Shown: positions 12,370 to 25,175 of the stretch, piece by piece
Numbering within the stretch: position 1 is the first letter of the stretch
Layout of the letters: every line of letters begins with the position of its first letter
Translations under genes and position numbers: made by a program
From: Vicugna vicugna
Lineage: Eukaryota
DNA: 64,000 nucleotides
Assembly: GCA_013265495.1 (NCBI GenBank)
Contig: MU058016.1
Span: 1 to 64,000, forward strand
Reading direction: 5' to 3'
Notes under the pieces: generated by a model
Database searches by the model: none
What the model was told of the DNA's origin: nothing
The model's input: only the letters and a program-made list of their open reading frames with translations

Positions 12370-13655
12370 GACCTAACAAATAGTACTCCATTTTTCTTTC
12401 TTCTCTTTCACACCAATCTCACTGAAAAGGTGATCAGTATTTGCGTCTCCACTTCCTCACTACCCTGTCCATCCTCAGACACTTCAACTGGGCTTTAGGC
12501 CCTATTACTGTTCCAAGACATCCCTGGTTAAAAATCTCAGTGCTTAATTGGTCCATGTTGCCTGACCATTTAGGAGCATTTTGACAAAACTGATAATTTC
12601 CCCTTTCTTGAAACATTACCAAAATTTGGTTTCTGAGCACTATGCCTTTTTCTTTTCCTACTGCCACACTGACTGTCCTTCTGTAATCTCTTTTGCTGAT
12701 TTCTCCTCTCTTCTTCACAAGGTACAATCTGTAACCAACTCTAGTTCTCTAGTTACTCCCTATATGATCTCATCCAGTTTGGACTTTTAAATAACATCTG
12801 TACATTGATAAAACCCAAATTTGTATCTCTAGCCCTCATCTCTTCCCTAAGCTCTAAATAGGTGGTAATAGGCATTTCGACTTATCATGTCTTAAAGAGA
12901 ATGTTATATCCTCCATTCCTGTCTGTTGCTTCCACATCTTTGCATATGGAGCTAGCATACCCTCAGCTGCCCTAGTCAAAAACTTAGGAATGATCTTTAA
13001 TTCCTATCTTTTTATCCTAGCTCCCACCCAATCCAGTAACAAGTCTGCTCAGTTCTGTCCTCAGGATATAGCCTGGAGCTGACATTTTCTCCCATATCTG
13101 TTGCTAAGACCCTGACCCAAACCATAACTCTCTCTCACCTACACTGCTGCAAAGCCTCTTATCTGGTTACCTTGCTTCCACTATAGCTGTCCCACCATAA
13201 AATTTTACTGCAGCTGCCAAAATGATCTAAGAATGAAGATAAAATTATATCACACTTCTGCTTAAAACCTTCTGGTGGCTCTCCATCATACAAAGTATAA
13301 AACCCAAACTCCCTCCCATGGCCTCTAAGACCTTATATGATCCCTCCTCTGCAAACCTCTCCAAGCTCATCGTCCAATTGCTCTCTGTCTCACTCTACTC
13401 TAGCTCCATTAGCTCAGATTCCTTTAACACCCCAAGCTCATTCCTGCCTCTAGGACTTTGCATTTGCTATTCCTTTTACATATTTACCTCCCCCTGACCT
13501 TATCAATGCTTTATTCACTTCACTCAGGTCCCTTTGCTCAAAAGTTAGTTCATAAAGAGGACATCCACAATTATATAAACTGGTACTTACTATTCACATT
13601 CAGTATCCCCACTCCCTCTTTACTTTATAGCAATCATCACACATCTTGACATTGT
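12370..13655 (+). mobile_element. L2 LINE
   Basis: Pyrimidine-rich sense L2 motifs: acccaaatttgtatctctagccct; tcacacttctgcttaaaaccttctggtggctctccat; ttcctgcctctaggactttgcatttgctatt. Confidence 0.85.
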
Positions 13656-13703
13656 ATTTTATCTATATATACACACATACATATACACACACACACACAC
13701 ATG

Positions 13704-14560
13704 CAGTCCTCACTTTGTACAGTTCCAATATAAGTGGGATTCAGTTACCATGGTTTAGTTAAAAACACCAGTCCAACAACACAACACAACACAACACAGT
13801 TCAAACTTCCAAAACTATGATAGGTTAACCATTAGCTGCATAAAAGCACAAATTTTGCTGCCAGCCTTTCAGTTCACAAACCACTACATAAAAAATAGAT
13901 GTGCATCATGATCAGTGACTAATTACATCGCTTCTTTTTATGTCTGTTAGTGATTGGTCACTGTGTATCTGCTGTTCAGTCCATTCACAGATAGCAAAGA
14001 ATGTACTTTTGATGCTTCCCTGTCTCCCATTGATTAAACTCATGTGACATTTTACAAAAATGAGTAACAGAAAGAACTGGCCAACAAAGACGAAAAGGTA
14101 TTAAAGAAACAAAAAATAATAACATTGGAAGTGAGATAGGAATTAAATATAAACAAAGTTATAGAAGAAATATCTGACCATGGGAATGTTGACACCGCCA
14201 CCATTCGAGAAACTCTATAGACAGGCAGCTAGAAGAGCTCAGTGAAGCACAGCTATTGACATAAATGTGAAAAGTGGTTGTGATGGAAAGGGTGAAGATG
14301 TCCCAGAAGTCACACTTGCCAAAAACTTCCCCTTGAAGTCATTCTCAGAGATATTTTATGATATTGAAGGAACAAAGGATGAAACACTGGAAGCTGATCC
14401 CAACTTAGAAAAGAGTATTACAATCTGTGAAGATAAAAGAAGCTGCTCCCTCTGTCTCAAGGGTTACACAATGAGAAGAGGGACACAAGCACTGTGCAAA
14501 ATATTCTTGACACATTTTTTCATAAAATAAAACACTTTGATTCTGAATGTTTCCAGTGCT
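13704..14560 (+). mobile_element. Tigger13a-like non-autonomous DNA transposon
   Basis: Begins CAGTCCTCACTTTGTACAGTTCC...ttcagttaccatggtttagttaaa. Contains a decayed transposase N-terminus (aagaaacaaaaaataataacattggaagtg, KKQKIITLEV) joined to a C-terminal remnant (ORF 14267-14530). Confidence 0.8.
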
Positions 14561-14569
14561 TGCAAGATT

Positions 14570-16505
14570 GCAGGGGTACAAGATCGACTCACAGAAATCC
14601 ATCACATTTCTAACAATGAGTCTGCAGAAACTGAAATTAGAATCGTAATACTATTTGGAATCACTTCAAAACAAATTAAATACTTAAGTGTAAAAATAAT
14701 AAAACATATATGGGATCTTATGTCAAAAACTGCAAAATGTTGATGAAATAAAACAAAGACAAATAAATGGAAAGACGCACCTTGCTCATGAGTTGGAAAA
14801 CTAAACATACTAAAGATGTTAATTGTCTCCAATAGGATATATGGGTTTAATGGAATTCCTATCAAAATCCCATCTTTGTTGACATAGACAAGTTTACCTT
14901 AAAATTTATATGGAAAAGCACAGGCCCTAGAATAGCTTAAAAAAAACTTTATAAAGAAGAATAAAATGCAGAGAAAAATTGCTCTACTTCAGAATTAGGT
15001 TTACTATATTGCTACAACAATCAAGTGGTAGGGGAACAGGCAACAGATCAATGGGAGAGAACAGAGAACCCAGAAAGAGACCCACGAAATACAATAACTG
15101 ATTTTTTTAAAAAATGCAATTAAAATTCAGTGGAAGAAGGATAGCCATTAAAAAAAAAAACAAAACAGCGCTAGAGCAATAGGACATCTTAAAGCAAAAA
15201 AAGGGGGAAAAAATGAACCTGATCTAAAGCTTACACATCTTACACAAAAATTTACTCAAAATGGATCACAGACTTAACTGTAAAATGTAAAAACATAGAG
15301 CCTTTAGAAAAATATTAGAAACAATGGATAAAACTCTTTGGGATCTAAGGCTAAGCAAACAGTTCTCAGATGACACCAAAACCACGATCCATAAATAGAA
15401 AAATTAATAAAATGGATTTCAGCAGAATTAAAACTGTTTCTCTGTGAAAGACCTGTATAACAGGATGAAGAGACAAGCTGTGGATAGGAGAAAATATTTG
15501 CAAGCTTCCTATCTAATAAAGAACTAGTATACAGAATATATGAAGAGTTCTGAAAACTGAACAGGAAAGAAACAAACAGAAAATGGACAAAAGACATAAA
15601 GAGATATTTTATCAAAACAGATATGCAGATGGCAAATAAGCACATGAAAAGAGGTCCAGCATCCATAAGGAAATAAAGTAAAACCGCAATGAAATGTCAC
15701 TACAAACCTGTAAGAATAGCTAAAATAAAAAACAGTGACAACAAAAGTTGATGAAGATATTGAGAAACTGGGTCACTCATACTCTGTTGCTGGGAATGTA
15801 AAATGGTACAGACCCTCTGGAAACAGTTTGACAGTTTCTTTAAACTAAACGTACTGTTACCATCTTACCCAGCAATTGTGCTCTTGGACAATTTATGCCA
15901 GAGAAATGAAATTTATGTTCACTCAAAAACACGTACATTGATATTCGTGACAGCTTTCTAATATCCAAAGACTGAAATAACCTTCAAAGGGAAGGAATAA
16001 CTGGTAGGTGTGAAATTTAGATAAATTTCAAGGAATTATGTTGGGTAAAAAATTCTAGTCTCAAAAGTTACATACTATACGATTACATCTTTATAATGTT
16101 CTTGAAATGGCAAAATTAGAGATGGAGGATGTATTAGTGGCTTGCAGGGGTTAGGAATGGAGGAGATGCCTGTGGTTACATAAGGGCAACCTGAGAGACC
16201 TCTGTGAGTATAGGACTGTTCTGAATCTGACAGTGGTGGTGGGTATACAAAACTACACGTGGGATAAACTTGCCTAAAATTAAACATACACACACGTGGA
16301 GGGGAGGGAAGAAATGAATAAAACTGGGAAATCTGAATGAGATCAGTGGATTCTATCAATATAAATATCAATTTCCTGGTAGTAACAATGTACTCTAATT
16401 TAACAAGATGTTACCAATGGGGAAAACTGAATAAAAGGTACATGGGATCTTTCCATACCACTTCTTAAAACTGCATGTGAAATCTATAATTATCTCAAAA
16501 AGTTT
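14570..16505 (+). mobile_element. Old L1 (L1MC/MD class) ORF2 3' part and 3' UTR
   Basis: Degenerate ORF2 motifs (atttatatggaaa...ccctagaatagc; gatggcaaataagcacatgaaaaga; acccagcaattgtgctcttgg). 3' UTR ends aactgcatgtgaaatctataattatctcaaaa. Confidence 0.88.
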
Positions 16506-16519
16506 CACCTAAACAAACA

Positions 16520-16985
16520 GACTGTACACAGTCTCATACAGCATTGTTTATATGAGTCTCAGACTAGAAATAACCCAAATGTCCATCAACAGGTGAGTGG
16601 AGAAACAACTTATAGTACAGCAATAAAAAGAAATCCTACTCACAAATAAAAATGGACAAACTGTGTATACATGCAACACCACAGATAATCTCACAGACAT
16701 TTTTCTGAATGAAATAAGTCAGCATTTCATTTATATGAAGTTCTAGAACAAAATAATCTATGGTGACAAAAATTAGACCTGTGGCTCCCCAGGTCAAAGG
16801 CAGGAGTGGGAGTGATTGCAAAGGAACATAAGAGGACTTTCCAGTATGATGAAAATAATTTATATCTTGATTAGGGTAGTGGTTACATGGTATACACATT
16901 TGTCAAAACCTATCAAATTGTACTCTTAAAATCTATATTTTTTATTGTATGTAAACTATACCTCAATAAGTTTAAAAAAAAATAA
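16520..16985 (+). mobile_element. L1ME-type 3' end
   Basis: aacccaaatgtccatcaacaggtgagtgg...tatacacatttgtcaaaacctatcaaattgtactcttaaaatct...cctcaataa followed by an A tract. Confidence 0.82.
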
Positions 16986-17139
16986 GTATCTGCATGGTTG
17001 TAGGACAAAAAAGAAAAGGAAGCCAGGGTATTGAGAACGGAGGCAAAGAACTGTTTGTGGAGGTACTGTGCAGGCATCATTCATGCTGGTCTGACAGCCT
17101 TGAAGATCAGGGTACACCAGCCAAGGAAACAGAAAATGT

Positions 17140-17760
17140 GCATTATTTACAACAGTCAAGACATGGAAACAATCTAAGTGCCCATCAGTGGATGAATGGA
17201 TAAAGAAAATGTAGTACACACACATACACCCACACACACTGGAATATTATTCAGGCATAAAAAGAAAGAAATCCTGCCTTTTGCAACAACATGAATGGAT
17301 CCTGGGGGCATTATGCTAACTGAAGTAAGTCAGCAGAGAATGATAAATACTGTATGGTCTCATATGTGGAATCTAAAAACTTCACTCATAGAAACAGAAA
17401 TTAGAATGGTGGTTGCCAGGGGCTGAGGGTTGGGAGAAATGGGAAGATGTTGGTAAAATGGTCCAAACTTTCCATTATAAGATGAGTAAGTTTTGGGGAT
17501 CTAATGTACAGCGTGATAACTATAGTTAACGATACTATACTATATACTTGAAAACGCTTTAGGAGTCGAGCTTTAATGTTCTCACCAAAACAGCAGCAGC
17601 AACAAAATGGCAATTATGTGAGGTAAAGGATACATTAACTGATCTTATTGTGGTAAACATCTTACAATATATATGTATCTCAAATTAGCATATGGTACAC
17701 CTGAAAATTACACAATGTTATATGTCAATTATATCTCACTAAAGCTAGGGGGAAGAAAAG
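17140..17760 (+). mobile_element. L1MA (L1MA9-like) 3' end
   Basis: aatcctgccttttgcaacaacatgaatggatc...ttttggggatctaatgtacagcgtgataactatagttaac...atatgtcaattatatctca. Confidence 0.88.
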
Positions 17761-20250
17761 AAAGTCTTGAAATAAGTGAGAGAAAAAGCCTCTTCTCCAT
17801 TACACCTTTTGGCACCACAGGGTGTGTGGGGAATAAAAACTCTAAAGCTTTACACTTCAATAAAATACTGTTGATGGTGATATAATTTGCACAGGCTATA
17901 ATTTGAATTTTCCAGAGATGTGTAATTAGTGTTATGTTTAAGGTTTAAATAAACAAACTTGTCAGTTCAGGAACACACCTAACTTATCATGCCATCCCCT
18001 GACTATGCCCTTTTTATTATTGAGCACCTTCAGAGAATCAGCAAATAGACTGGGAGATTAAATGACATGGAAAAACATTGACTGGTGGCTTTAATATTCA
18101 TGCTTGGCAGGAGAGACATATACGCTAAGAGACTGAGGTATATTCCAGAGAAAAGTAAGCTTAGAAGATGAAGCTATCAGTCTTTTCTTAATGGCCTTCA
18201 ACTGCTTCAATTTTGCTGTGTTTTTAAGCAGCAGAATGTGTTTCTAACATAAGCACTCCAGCAGCACACTATAGCCTGGAAAGGAAATCTGAAAAGGATA
18301 CAAACAGCTCTCCACCATTTATGTCTTTCTGGAATCATCACTGAATTCTGATGCCCAGACATTTAGAATCTCCAGTTAACCTACATAGAAGTCAATTCTA
18401 AGAAATTGTGTCATTATCTTAATTTTTTAAAAAGAGAGAAAAAGATGTCTGAGGTGCTGAATATAAAAACAGCATTCAATTATTGTAGAGTTGGTTATCT
18501 AATTTAGAGAATCAGTTTTTCTCTATAAAAAGCAAAAAATACACTTAAAAACATCAATCTATGTATTTTTTCTGCTGAATCTCTGCTTTTAGACACATAT
18601 TCTACAGACATTGATTTTTTAATTTCCTCCCATGCAAAACGGGGAGCAAATCTACAAAGTGTTAATGTTTGATATGAAACCCAGAAAAGAGTTGTACTGT
18701 TGAAATCTGAAATACATGTCACTTACTAGCTGCCTGCTTCCCAGTTTCCTTTCTGGAAAAACAGATAAAAATAATTCCTTACCTTTCTTCCTGACAAGAC
18801 TGTTTGGAAAATCAAATCAATGAATGAACACACCTAAAACACAAGGCATATTTCATATCTTAAGTACTGTGTAAATGCTATTTGATATATATTTGAGAAG
18901 TAACTCGGCAGAAGAGATATATTTACTTAATGGATAGTTAAGAAAGTTTGAGAATTAACTTTTCTTTTGACAATATAAGCAACCAAAAATAAATAAAACT
19001 CCTCTGTGAGACTACAACTCTAAAATCTTCAAAATTCCAATAGATTTGAAAACAAGCTTATATATTTGGTCTTATAGAAAATGCTAATGGTGTGAAACCA
19101 GCATGAGTCAAACACAAACGGAAGTTTTGTACAGCAAAATAACTCACAGCTAATTGTGAATTCTTACAACCTTATTATAAGTTCCTTGATTTGAAGATCA
19201 AGGTAACTAATAGACAGAAATAAATACAAATTGTTAAACAAATGTTCTCTATTCTTTTCATTTTACTTTTCATAAAGAAAACATAAAATCTGTTCATCTG
19301 ATATATCAAAATATGCCAAGGAACACTATTCAAATATCTGTACAGAGGGGTCACATTAAAAATTTGGTGTTTAGACTAAAATCTAAGCAGAATAAAACTT
19401 TTTTTTAAGAAAAAACTACTAAATACCCTTAGGTTTCAGACAGAAGGTTTAATGATGCTCATGAGAATATAAGAGTAGACGCCAATCTACCTTCTATCAC
19501 ACGTGAATCTGAAAAGGAAACTATTAATGTGAGAACCCATCTACCAGTCTTCATCATTTCACCCCAAGTAGAAATGTTTTTATTTTCTATCATCATACCT
19601 TATTTGTCTCACGCCTCCCAGTTATGAGTCCCTATGAGTTGCTTTCCTGTGTTTCATTTTTCTAAACATGTTACAGGTGCATTATTACAGTGAGTAATTT
19701 GTCTTCCCTGCCTAGTGAATAAAAAAATTTTCCTATGCTAAGATTTTAGAGAGATTTATGCTTTGAGAATCAAACTTCAAGGAGCTATGGTAAAGACGCA
19801 GGTCTTCATTTTCTAGGCAAATTCCAAACTTCAAAATCGATTTTTTTTGTTGTTCAATCTTACTTCCCACTTGCTGAGACAGCTGGTTACTATGCAACAA
19901 GTCAGAATCCTATCTATACAGCCAATATTCCAAAAACTAGATACGTTTAAAATTTCCACTTTTTTTCCTATGGCAAAATTTTCCCTATCACTCATACCCT
20001 GCTGCTACCCAAAACTGTGCACAGAGAGAGGATGCCCAGGGAATGAAAAAACCTTTTCACATTAGCCCAAGCAAAGTAATTGAAAATATAAATTTAGTAA
20101 AACAGACATATGTTTTGGGTTGGTGAGTCTTCTCCAATGTGTGATAAATCATGTATGTATAACCATATTCATAACATAATACATTAAAATTTTGACTTTT
20201 TGTTGCTTTATGAAACTAAGAATATATAATTCAGACTATTTTCATTTTTT

Positions 20251-20422
20251 CCTGGCTTCGAGGAAGCTGAGGGTCAAATAAATCAGCTGCTCGTGACATA
20301 ACTATATTAAACTTTTTCTCAACCAATTTGCTTCCTTTTCATCCCCAACTTCTAGAGTACTGTCTAGTAGAAATTCATTAGTTTTATTATGCAAATGTTA
20401 TTTATCATAACCTTTTTCAAAT
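20251..20422 (+). repeat. Diverged direct repeat, copy 1 (about 170 bp)
   Basis: Aligns by eye to 22604-22771 with about 22 mismatches and one 4-nt gap. Confidence 0.9.
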
Positions 20423-20759
20423 CTCTTTTAGGGAACTGATAGGGTACAATGAAAGTGTAAATATGTATACATACATGTGTATATGTATATATAAAAAGGT
20501 AAAGATTAAGAGGGTAAGTTTTCATTTTAGAAAAAATTAACTGAAGTTGACAAATGTTTTTATATGTCTTGAAAAAGAATTTAAAACCATATTCCATAAA
20601 ATAAAGTAGATTTTATTTTAGCTTACATATTTTTCACTATCAGGACTCCTAGAAGGCAATGAGGCCTTTACTACATAGAGTATTAAAGGATTTAAGAGCA
20701 CAATGGCTGTTTGCATCAATACTGAAGCTAAGATTTATCAAAGCCTATTATGGTTTCAA

Positions 20760-21589
20760 GAAATAAAACAAGAAGAAAACCTACGGAATGGGAGAAAATT
20801 TTTGCAAGTGAAACCGACAAAGGCTTGATCTCCAAAATATATAAGCAGCTCATACAACTCAATAAGAAAAAAATAAACAACCCAATCCAAAAATGGGCAG
20901 AAGACCTAAACAAGCAATTCTCCAAGGAAGACATACAAATGATCAAAAAGCACATGAAAAAATGCTCAATATCACTAATTATCAGAGAAATGCAAATCAA
21001 AACTACAATGAGGTATCACCTCACACCAGTCAGAATGGCCGTCATTCAAAAATCCACAAATGACAAATGCTGGAGAGGCTGTGGAGAAAGGGGAACCCTC
21101 CTACACTGCTGGTGGGAATGCAGTTTGGTGCAGCCACTATGGAAAACAGTGTGGAGATTCCTCAAAAGACTAGGAATAGACTTATACTCAGCCATAAAAA
21201 CTGACAACATAACGCCATTTGCAGCAACATGGATGCTCCTAGAGAATGTCATTCGAAGTGAAGTAAGCCAGAATGAGAAAGAAAAATACCATATGAGATC
21301 ACTCATATGTGGAATCTAAAGACTCATGGACAGAGAATACAGACTTGTGGTTACCAGGGGGGTAGAGGGTGGGAAGGGATAGACTGGGATTTCAAAATTG
21401 TAGAATAGATAAACAAGATTACACTGTATAGCACAGGGAAATATACACAAAATGTTATGATAAATCACAGAGAAAAAAATGTGACAATGAGTGTGTATAT
21501 GTCCATGAATGACTGAAAAATTGTGCTGAACACTGGAATTTGACACAACATTGTAAAATGATTATAAATCAATAAAAAATGTTAAAAAA
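20760..21589 (+). mobile_element. Young camelid-type L1 3' fragment with internal deletions and a 20-bp TSD
   Basis: ORF 20750-21319 is the L1 ORF2 C-terminus (PTEWEKIFA...[26 protein letters not shown]...CWWEC). TSD AAAGCCTATTATGGTTTCAA at 20740-20759 and 21590-21609. Confidence 0.97.
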
Positions 21590-22603
21590 AAAGCCTATTA
21601 TGGTTTCAATAATATTTTCTTCTTATTTTCCCTTATCAGCGGAAATATCTTGGGAATGGATTTATATTTGCTGGTGAGATCCTCTGACACTCAAGGTAAG
21701 TTATGTGAGAAACAACTAGAAAATAAGGTATTATCAAACGTGAAGCATGCAGCATTTCACCTGTTGTGTAAGTGGATTTACCTTGAGTCTCTGAAGGAGT
21801 CATTCTTCTTCCTCAAAACTTTACAAAAATTTCTACCCTAATAAATATTAGTGAGCAACAAGAAAAAAATTTTGCTCTACTAAACTCAATATATATAAAA
21901 AATCATGTTAAGCATGATTAAAGTTTAATATCTGAAGATATTTGTGAGCAAATAATAACAGTAATTAATCAAAAAATGAAAGGCAAACATCATGCACTTT
22001 TAATCATCTTGAAGGCTTTTTTGACTTCTAACCACAGCTGCCTTATTTTAGAGTCTATAAGGCTATTTATTATTAATATTTTTTATATTTGTATAACATT
22101 TTTCTGTTTACAAGGAATTTTCATTGATGGATGACCTCACTCAAGCCTCATCATGCTGGGGGAACAGATTATATTTACATTAAAAGCACTGGCTAAAGTT
22201 AACAAATAAACCAAATATACATAATTAAATCAAGCTGATTAAGACTATAAGACAAGTATTTTAAAAGCTTTGCCAACCCAAGACAATTTGCACTTTATCA
22301 TCACAAGCTCATGGAAAAGTTTATTAAGTATATTTGTACAGAGCATGTCCTCCAACCAATGTTCTCAAAAATAACTGTGAGCCACTAATACAGACACTCA
22401 AGGAGGATACAGGCAGACAGAGAATAAAAGATCAGCCAAAGTGAGGTCAGCGCCTCCTGTGTCAAGGACTTCCTGGACACCACCCCAATCTGTGTTCCTT
22501 GCTATAGATGTGCCAGGGTGGGAGGAGGGGTCTTTACTTGGGGAGTCCTCTACCTAAACCTTGGCTGCATTTCCATCTCAGACTGGTATCAGTCGCCAGT
22601 AGC

Positions 22604-22771
22604 CCTGGCTTCCAGGAAACTGAGGGTCAAATAAATCATTTGCTCATGACCTATTTTAGCCTCTTTTTGAACAAATTTGCTTCCTTTTCTTCCCCAAATT
22701 CTACAGTATTATCTAGTAGAAATTCTTTGGTTTTATTATTCAAATGTTACTTATCGTAACCTTTTTCAAAT
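22604..22771 (+). repeat. Diverged direct repeat, copy 2
   Basis: Aligns to 20251-20422 at about 85% identity by manual count. Confidence 0.9.
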
Positions 22772-22859
22772 TTCAGTATTTAAGTAGGTAAATGTACATA
22801 ACTATAAGAAAAAAATTCAGTCTTTTATCAGTTGAAGCCCAGGTGTACAGGAATGCATT

Positions 22860-23070
22860 TGCTTATCGTAGTTCAAGATAATAATAAGATAGATTTTAAC
22901 TTATGTAATCCAGACAAGAATGCTATGAGGTAGGTACTACTATCATCCGCACTTTAAGCATGGGGAAACTATGAAATAGATTAAGAACTGTCACTCAAGA
23001 TCACACACCTATTAAGTAGCCAAGGTGAGATTCAAACCCAGGCAGTTTGATTACCTACAACTTATCCTAC
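22860..23070 (-). mobile_element. MIR SINE
   Basis: ctatgaggtaggtactactatcatcc...ggaaact...caagatcacac...gagattcaaacccaggcagtttga. Confidence 0.8.
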
Positions 23071-24984
23071 CCACTCCACTGCCTTGAGAGTTATCCACCA
23101 TTGTGAACAGAACTGCGAACTGTGTGAAGTCAAGGGCAGAGCAGGGCTTATCTTATGATCAGGTGGTGGTACCCACAGGCATGACTTGAGGGAAAAGCAA
23201 GAAAGATATCCTTTAAAATACTTGCCTCACTGACTTTCCACCACTAGGAATTTCCTTCTTAAGATTTCTTTTTAAAAAAATCTCCTATTCAAAGCAGGTG
23301 TTCAGGAATAGCTACTCACTACTCAACACCTTAGTTTTCATGGAGATAACAATGACACCCATATGAAAGAAAATAAACCTCCACGTCCAGGGTCTTGTCT
23401 AGACCTGAACCCTCCAAGAGGAAAAAGCAACCAAAATAGCCTGTTCCACATTTGGGTCAGGGAACAGGGCAAGAGGTGGATGGCAAGGAAAGGAATTTTC
23501 CAAACACACAGACTAGCACCCACAGAAGCAGAAACCTGGCCATGGGGGTGGTCTTTGATCAAATGAGGCCAGGTGGAGGGAAGGGGAAGAAAAACCTTGT
23601 AAGGTTTTAAAATTGGGGGCCAGAGACCTTGGCAGTAATAAACTGATGGAAAGCTTTCAGGGAAGGTTCAAAATAGAAAGGCAGGTTGGTTAGTTTGGCA
23701 CAAGCAAGAGAAGTAGGGGGTGGAGTGTGGCCAGGCCTACAAGACCTTGAATCCCCAAACTTAGAGATGTCAGGCAACCAAAGTGCAGAAGGTGGCACTG
23801 AGAACACCCTAATTCATAACATGTCCTAGAATACACTCCAGGGATACAGAATGATCAACGACAGAGAAGAGGTTCTTGCCTATGACATTTTCAGGAAAGA
23901 TTCCGGACACAGCATCCTCAGAGAATCTCAAGTTCTGCCACAGAGGCAACTTGATTAGAGGTGACAATTTCCATAAACATCTTTCCTTTTCCCACCACCC
24001 ACAGAAGCTCAGAGAGGGTGCGAAAATAAAAATTAACTCTTCAAGAAGAGTGAGATAATATTTCGTATCTATTTCTAAAAGAATAAAGAGAGAGAAACTA
24101 TTGTGACAGAAGATAAGAGAAAAATATAAAGCAGGAGATATTCAGCAATTGTAGGGCATATAGGAAATGGAGCTCCCTGGGCAGTGTTCTCATAGAAAAG
24201 GGTTGTGCAGGTGACCTAGATTTTTCTTAAAGGAAAGAGAGAAATAAAGGATGCACATAAAATCAGAGAAGGAGAGGAAGGAGCATAAAAGGTTTTAGAA
24301 GCAGACAGTACTTTAAGTACCAATTTGACAGGCAGACACTATAAAAAGTATAGGTTTGAATCCCAAATGCCCAGTTAAGAGTGGTGGGGCTCTCTGAAAT
24401 CAACAACACGGTGAAGAGTGGGCATAAAATGACTAAGCTAAAAAGTAAATCATAATTTTGGACCCAGATTTCAATGGTAGCAGTACAGCTCTTGGTGGGA
24501 AAAATTACTTTATTTATATATAGAAGTTAGAGTCCTATATGAGTTAGTTCCCAAAGTATTAAAGATCTGAGAAGATGAGTATGCTAGCTATAAGATCACA
24601 TTTTGAATATGTTCATTTATTTCCTTTATTTGTGATTCCCTCACCTTTTTGAAATCTACACTGGGCCAAATACAGACCACTGAGCTCAGTGTACTGACTC
24701 ATTCCTGAATATATCCATTGCTACTAAGTGTCAAATTTTCAGATGCCTGATAAAATACATAACTTGGGAACCTGAATATATTTTGCATCAAGCTCTCTAA
24801 GTCTGTGCTGAATAAACACAGAGAGAGACAGCTTATTCAAGATGAAAACAAAAGTAACTCACATCTATTCCTTATGTTAGAAAATAACAGACTGAGAAAT
24901 TTGGGTTACATTTTTATAATAAAATAATCCTCTTTTACATAGTCCCAAGAATTTTTCTTAACTACTTCTTAAATTATATTTCAA

Positions 24985-25175
24985 CAACAATAACAACAGT
25001 GGTTATCATTTCACTGTTTATACTGTGCCAAGCATGCAGATATTAAAGTTAATCCTCGCCAATCTTTTAAGGTAACTGTCTTAAGGCACTTCCCCAAGAA
25101 TACACAGAGCTGGAAAGTGGCAGAACTGAAGTTTGAACACAGATCTGTCTGAAGCCAACATCCTTAACCACCAGA
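24985..25175 (-). mobile_element. MIR SINE
   Basis: tactgtgccaagca...cttccccaagaatacacagagctggaaagtggcagaactgaagtttgaacacagatctgtctga. Confidence 0.75.

Noticed and set aside
20750..21319. Longest ORF (189 aa) as a host gene
   Set aside because: It is the L1 ORF2 C-terminus inside a TSD-flanked insertion, and its ATG comes from the TSD.
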